Below, in pieces: positions 59,335-64,000 of a stretch of DNA of 64,000 nt. The DNA lies in NCBI GenBank assembly GCA_038235705.1, contig JBBSTR010000005.1, positions 5,294 to 69,293 of the forward strand. Direction: 5' to 3'. Within the stretch, counting starts at the first letter, position 1; every line of letters begins with the position of its first letter. Made by a program: the position numbers and the translations under genes. The DNA is from Mycobacteriales bacterium. Its GTDB lineage: Bacteria; Actinomycetota; Actinomycetes; Mycobacteriales; SCTD01. The notes below the pieces were generated by a model. The model made no database searches and had not been told where the DNA came from. It saw only the letters and a program-made list of their open reading frames with translations.

Positions 59335-60123
59335 GTGAGCCAGAACGACCAGCCGCAAACCAGCCGACGCGGAGCGCCGGACCTGCACGTGGCCACGGCT
59401 GCGGAAGCAGGGACCGCCTCGTCGGTGACGGACGGGGCCGGTGACGCTCCGTCGGAGCTTCGGGCCGGGTCCACGGCCCGAGCTGTCCGCAGCGCCTCGG
59501 GCCGCGTCTATCCCGCTCGCACTCCGGATCGCGGTCCCGTCGATCACAGCCCCTCGGCAGCGGCCGAGCGGAAAGCGTCTCGGGTAGCGCGACGGGCCGA
59601 GGAGCAGCGGGCCTCCATCGAGGCCGACCCGCTGGAGGCGGCCCGCGCGCTGTGCCTGGCTGAGCTGCAGCGCGGTCCCCGGACCCATGTCGAGCTGGCG
59701 GGCGTGCTCGCCCGGGCAGGGGTGCCTGCCGAGGCTGCGAGCGAGGTGCTCGACCGCTTCGCCGAGGTCGGCGTCATCGACGACGCGCTGTTCGCTCAGA
59801 TGTGGGTCGACTCCCGGCAGGTCCGACGTGGGTTGTCCCGCGGTGCTCTTCGCCAGGAGCTGAGGCGCAAGGGCGTGCAGGACGACGTCGTCACCCAGGC
59901 GTTGGCGGGGATTCAGACGACCGACGAGGAACAGCTGGCCCGAGGGTTGCTCGAGCGCAAGCTCGCTTCGACGCGCGGCCTCGACCCGCAGGCGCGCACG
60001 CGCCGCCTCGTCGGACTCCTTGCGCGAAAGGGCTTTGACGCGAGCTTGTCCTACCGGGTGGTCCGCGAGGCTCTCGACCAGGAGGGCGGCGACCCGGACC
60101 TGGCGCCGTCGTCCGAGACGTGA
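59335..60123 (+). CDS. recX: Regulatory protein RecX with low-complexity N-terminal extension
   Basis: RT..EL...L, LDRF.EVG.IDD..FA..WV, L.QELRRKG, LARKGF; follows recA. Start uncertain. Confidence 0.9.
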   Translation: MSQNDQPQTSRRGAPDLHVATAAEAGTASSVTDGAGDAPSELRAGSTARAVRSASGRVYPARTPDRGPVDHSPSAAAERKASRVARRAEEQRASIEADPLEAARALCLAELQRGPRTHVELAGVLARAGVPAEAASEVLDRFAEVGVIDDALFAQMWVDSRQVRRGLSRGALRQELRRKGVQDDVVTQALAGIQTTDEEQLARGLLERKLASTRGLDPQARTRRLVGLLARKGFDASLSYRVVREALDQEGGDPDLAPSSET

Positions 60124-60150
60124 CGCTCTTGCCGACGGGGTGACTGCGCC

Positions 60151-60876
60151 TCAGTCGAGCCCCAGGTAGGCCGACACCACCCGGTCGTCCGCGAGCAGCT
60201 CGGCCGACGGACCTGCATGGACCACCGCCCCGGTCTCGAGCACGTAAGCGACGTCCGCGGCCGACAGGGCCCTTCGGGCGTTCTGCTCGACGAGCACCAC
60301 CGTCGTGCCGGAGGCGCGGATCTCGGCGATCACGGCGAAGACCTCGTCCACGATCTTGGGCGCCAGACCCATGGAGGGCTCGTCCAGCAGCAGCAGACGA
60401 GGCTCGGCCACGAGGGCACGCGCGATCGCGAGCATCTGCTGCTCCCCACCCGACAAGGTTCCCGCCAGCGAGTCGCGGCGCTCGGCGAGCACCGGGAACC
60501 GGTCGAACACCTTCTTCATCCCGGCGGCTACCGTGCTGTTCCGGTGCCAGCCACCGAGCTGCAGGTTCTCAGCGACGGTCATCGAGGCCAAGACCTCGCG
60601 CCCTTCGGGCACCTGCACCAGCCCGGCGTCGACGAGCCGGTGTGCGGGCCACCGCGTGACGTCGGCGCCGTCGAAGACGATCGAGCCCGAGCGGGGGCGC
60701 ACCAGACCCGCCACGGCCGAGAGCACGGAGGTCTTGCCGGCACCGTTCGCCCCCACCAGCGCCACCAGGCTGCCCTCGGCGGCCTCGAACGAGACGTCCC
60801 GCACGGCCTGGACCCGTCCGTAGGAGACGCACAGGTCCGTCACCGTGAGCAGGGCCCCAGCCTGAGATTCAGCCAT
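60151..60876 (-). CDS. Branched-chain amino acid-type ABC ATPase (LivF-like)
   Basis: GANGAGKT, VPEGR, LSGGEQQM, LDEPSMGLAP. Confidence 0.93.
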   Translation of the reverse strand: MAESQAGALLTVTDLCVSYGRVQAVRDVSFEAAEGSLVALVGANGAGKTSVLSAVAGLVRPRSGSIVFDGADVTRWPAHRLVDAGLVQVPEGREVLASMTVAENLQLGGWHRNSTVAAGMKKVFDRFPVLAERRDSLAGTLSGGEQQMLAIARALVAEPRLLLLDEPSMGLAPKIVDEVFAVIAEIRASGTTVVLVEQNARRALSAADVAYVLETGAVVHAGPSAELLADDRVVSAYLGLD

Positions 60877-62641
60877 GAGACTCACCGCCTCGCGTCGAGG
60901 CGTTCGTGCCCTCGACCGCAGGAAGCGCCACGGCAGGCCCGGCAGGCCCGGCAGGCCCGGCGGGGAGGGTGGGAGCGGTCGTCGCGGCGGTGGCGCCGAG
61001 GTAAGCCTCGACGACAGCCGGGTCGTCGGCGATCTCCGCGGGTGTGCCGGAGGCGATCACCTCGCCGAAGTTCAGCACCACGATGCGGGTGCACGTGCGC
61101 AGGACCATCCGGACGTTGTGCTCGATCAGCAGGATCGTGATGCCGTCGTCCGCGAGCGAACGGATCAGGTCGGAAAGCCCGGCGGCCTCGACGTGGTTCA
61201 TCCCGGCGGCAGGCTCGTCCAGGATGAGCAGCGTCGGGTGTGCGGCCAGCGCCCGGGCGATCTCGAGACGTCGTTGGTCGCCGTACGACAGCTCCCCGGC
61301 GGTGGCACCTGCCTGGTCGGCCAACCCGACGCGGGCCAGCTGGGTGCCAGCCTGTGCGAGCGCCATGCGTTCGTCGCGCCGGGCGGACGGCAGGAACAGC
61401 AGCCGTCGCAGGAAGGTGGGGCGGCTGATCAGGTGGGCACCGACCAGGACGTTCTCCAGCACTGACAGCCGTTCGAACAGCTTGGAGTGCTGGAAGGTGC
61501 GGCTGATCCCTGCGGCAGCGAACCGGTGGGCCCCACCCACCCGGCCGAGCGGCAGCCCGAGCACGGTGCCGGTCCCGCTCGTGGGCGCGGTCAGGCCGCT
61601 GATCAGGTTGACCAGGGTCGTCTTTCCCGCGCCGTTCGGCCCGATCAGCCCGAGGACTTCCCCGCTCACCAGCTGCAGGTCGACGCTGCGTACCGCGTGC
61701 ACCCCGCCGTAAGCCTTGCCGATCCCGGACAGGGAGAGCACCGGCTCACCGCGAGCCGGCAGCGACGGCAGCTCCGGTGGCTCGCTGTCCGCGTTGACCC
61801 GCGGCGTCCGACCACGCGGCAGCAGGCTGGACAGCCCGCCCGGCAGGAACAGGATCACGAGCAGGAGCAGCCCGGAAGCCAGGAAGGGCCGGATCCAGCC
61901 TGCCTCGATGCCGATCGCCCGCTGCACCTCGGGGACCGCCGTGAGGAAGGCCGAGCCGAGCAGCGGACCGACGAACAGCAGTGAGCCGCCGACGACGGCG
62001 GTCACCAGCCCGTCGACGGCGGCGGCAAACCCGAAGTCGTCAGGGGCGATCAGACGTGAGAAGTAAGCCAGCAGGACCCCATAAAGGCCGGCGACGGCGC
62101 CGCTCGTCACGAAGGCGATCATCCTGTGACGGGTGACGTCGATGCCCATCGCCCGTGCGGCCAGCTCGTCCTCGCGCAGCGCGGCGAGCCCGCGCCCGAG
62201 CCGGGAGCCAGAAAGTCGCCAGAAGCCGTACATCACCACGATCAAGCACCCGTAGGCGATGCCAGGGGTGACCAGCTTGGGCACCGTGGTGCCCTGCGCA
62301 CCGCCGGAGAACGACGAGTTGATCAGCAGGATGCGGACCATCTCTCCGAACCCGAGGGTGGCGATGGCGAGGAAGACGCCCCGCAGCCGCAGCACAGGCA
62401 GGCCCAGCAAGAAGGCCGCCAGCGCACCCACCACCATGCCGACCGGGATGCCGACGATGAGCGGTGAGAACGGACCGATCGGACCGTCCGGGACGATCGC
62501 GGCGGCTCCGAAGCCGGCCAGCGAGGCGAACCCGGCCTGTCCCAGGCTGAGCTGACCGGCCATGAGCACCGCGTAGAAGCTGTAAGCGAAGATCGCGGTC
62601 AACGCCAGCAGCGTGAGGGTCGCCGAGTAGTCCGACAGCAT
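60869..62641 (-). CDS. Fused LivM-like permease / LivG-like ATPase
   Basis: GQLSLGQAGF and LRLRGVFLAIATL permease region, followed by GPNGAGKTT and LSYGDQRRLEIARAL. Confidence 0.92.
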   Translation of the reverse strand: MLSDYSATLTLLALTAIFAYSFYAVLMAGQLSLGQAGFASLAGFGAAAIVPDGPIGPFSPLIVGIPVGMVVGALAAFLLGLPVLRLRGVFLAIATLGFGEMVRILLINSSFSGGAQGTTVPKLVTPGIAYGCLIVVMYGFWRLSGSRLGRGLAALREDELAARAMGIDVTRHRMIAFVTSGAVAGLYGVLLAYFSRLIAPDDFGFAAAVDGLVTAVVGGSLLFVGPLLGSAFLTAVPEVQRAIGIEAGWIRPFLASGLLLLVILFLPGGLSSLLPRGRTPRVNADSEPPELPSLPARGEPVLSLSGIGKAYGGVHAVRSVDLQLVSGEVLGLIGPNGAGKTTLVNLISGLTAPTSGTGTVLGLPLGRVGGAHRFAAAGISRTFQHSKLFERLSVLENVLVGAHLISRPTFLRRLLFLPSARRDERMALAQAGTQLARVGLADQAGATAGELSYGDQRRLEIARALAAHPTLLILDEPAAGMNHVEAAGLSDLIRSLADDGITILLIEHNVRMVLRTCTRIVVLNFGEVIASGTPAEIADDPAVVEAYLGATAATTAPTLPAGPAGPAGPAVALPAVEGTNASTRGGESHG

Positions 62642-63516
62642 CAGACCTCCCGCACGCGGGGATTGCCGAACAGCCCTTGGGGCCGGATCAGCAGCACGGC
62701 GAACAGGAGCCCGAAGGCGACGGCGTCCCGCCAGGACGAGCCGATGTAGGCCACCGCGAAGACTTCGGCGAGCCCGAGGGCGATCCCGCCGACCATCGCG
62801 CCCCGCAGCGAGGCCATGCCCCCGACGACGATCACCGCGAGGCCTTTCAGCTCGATGTTGAACCCCATGCTCAGCTGGGCGCTGTTGACGTAGAACGACA
62901 GCAGGATCCCGGCGACCGCTCCGAGGGCGGAGGACATCGCGAACGTCGTCGCGGTCACCCGGTCCACGTTGATCCCGAGCACGCGGGCAGCGTGCGGGTT
63001 CTCCGCGACCGCGCGCATGCCACGGCCGAGTCGGGTGCGTTCCACCACGTAGGCCAGAGCGAGCATCAGGGCCAGGGCCACCCCGAGGATGACCAGCTGC
63101 AGCAGCGTGATCCGGACCCCTCCCACGGTGAACGCGGTCGAGGGAAACGTGCCGACCGGGAAACGCCTGGTGTCCGGGCCGTACCTGGCCTGCAGCAGTG
63201 CCAGGATCATGGCCCCCACGGCGATCGAGGAGATCAGCCCGGCGAAGTGCGCGTCGTCGCGATCCTTGAGCGGTCGGAACGCCAGCCGCTCGATGACCAG
63301 GCCGAGGACCGCGCCGAAGACCATGACCAACGGCAGCGCGAGCCAGACGGGCACGCCGACCGAGCCGACCAGGTCGATGCCGACGAAGGCGGCGGCCGCG
63401 AAGACCGCCGAGTGCGCCAGGTTGAGCCGGTCGAGCACGCCGAAGACGAGCGCGTAGCCCATGGCGAAGAGGGCGTAGATCGAGCCCGAGAAGATGCCGT
63501 TGACGACCTGCTGCAT
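62641..63516 (-). CDS. LivH-like ABC permease
   Basis: MQQVVNG...GSIYALFAMGY.LVFG...NLAH, RPQGLFG. Confidence 0.93.
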   Translation of the reverse strand: MQQVVNGIFSGSIYALFAMGYALVFGVLDRLNLAHSAVFAAAAFVGIDLVGSVGVPVWLALPLVMVFGAVLGLVIERLAFRPLKDRDDAHFAGLISSIAVGAMILALLQARYGPDTRRFPVGTFPSTAFTVGGVRITLLQLVILGVALALMLALAYVVERTRLGRGMRAVAENPHAARVLGINVDRVTATTFAMSSALGAVAGILLSFYVNSAQLSMGFNIELKGLAVIVVGGMASLRGAMVGGIALGLAEVFAVAYIGSSWRDAVAFGLLFAVLLIRPQGLFGNPRVREV

Positions 63517-63547
63517 ACGAAGGGGCTCCGGTCGACCGCGCCCAGGC

Positions 63548-64000
63548 CTACTGCAGCACCGTGAAGGCGCCGTCCTTGACGACCTGGACCACCGCCGGGT
63601 GCTGCGGCTCACGCTGCTTGTCGAAGGAGAACGACCCGAGGGGGGTCTTGATGTCGCTCAGGCCGGCCAGTCCGTCCCGGACGTCTGCGGGCTTGGCGGA
63701 GCACTTCGCCCGCACGGCGTCGTCGACCAGGATCAGGCCGGTGTAGGCCTGCGCGGCGAACTGGTCGGGGTCGCCACCGTTCTTGGCCTTGAAGGCCTTG
63801 AGGAACGTGGCGTTCTCCGGGCTTTCGGAGGCGGAGTTCCAGGCTGCCCCGACGATGACGCCCTCGGCCGCCTTGCCGGCGTCGGCCATCAGCTTGGGGG
63901 AGTTGAAGCCGTTGCCGCCGATGATGGGCGCGGTGATCCCGACCTGGCGGGCCTGGGTGACCAGCGGGATCGCCGCCTCGATCAGGCCGGAGACGACGAG
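63548..64000 (-). CDS. LivK-like ABC substrate-binding protein (3' part; begins outside the window)
   Basis: GGNGFN...AAEG, PDQFAAQAY, TPLGSFSFD; frame open to the window end. Confidence 0.85.
   Translation of the reverse strand, partial: LVVSGLIEAAIPLVTQARQVGITAPIIGGNGFNSPKLMADAGKAAEGVIVGAAWNSASESPENATFLKAFKAKNGGDPDQFAAQAYTGLILVDDAVRAKCSAKPADVRDGLAGLSDIKTPLGSFSFDKQREPQHPAVVQVVKDGAFTVLQ

Noticed and set aside
60869-62641. LivM-LivG fusion as a novelty
   Set aside because: Permease-ATPase fusions are common in branched-chain amino acid-type ABC systems.

Overview
High-GC Actinomycetota chromosomal segment. It carries the conserved backbone ribF-rpsO-pnp-M16 peptidase-dapB ... thyX-dapA-rnj-ftsK-rimO-pgsA-cinA-clgR-pspA-nei ... 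lhr-DUF3046-recA-recX, with accessory genes inserted between the core genes. The largest accessory block (about 34.4-49.0 kb) separates lhr from two tandem nei paralogues. It holds a BfaA/BfaB-like methyl-branched fatty-acid pair, a copper/haem-protein maturation operon (SCO, Lipoprotein_15-like, CtaG-like, Tat-DyP), CDF, MFS/TetR, PPK2 and a sugar ABC transporter. I saw no tRNA, rRNA, CRISPR array, transposase or phage gene. Best candidates for new biology: (1) a leaderless membrane-segment leader ORF ending in RGPP, whose last codons can base-pair over the SCO Shine-Dalgarno (candidate ribosome-arrest switch); (2) a radical SAM enzyme with motifs reminiscent of the Tes/Mss lipid-coupling family, coupled to a small membrane protein; (3) several unexplained non-coding structures (GATCA-bounded palindromes, a 12-bp direct-repeat-flanked structured spacer, a repeat-rich recA upstream region). 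All calls rest on motif recognition by eye; no database searches or folding programs were run, and several start codons are adjusted from the ORF track.
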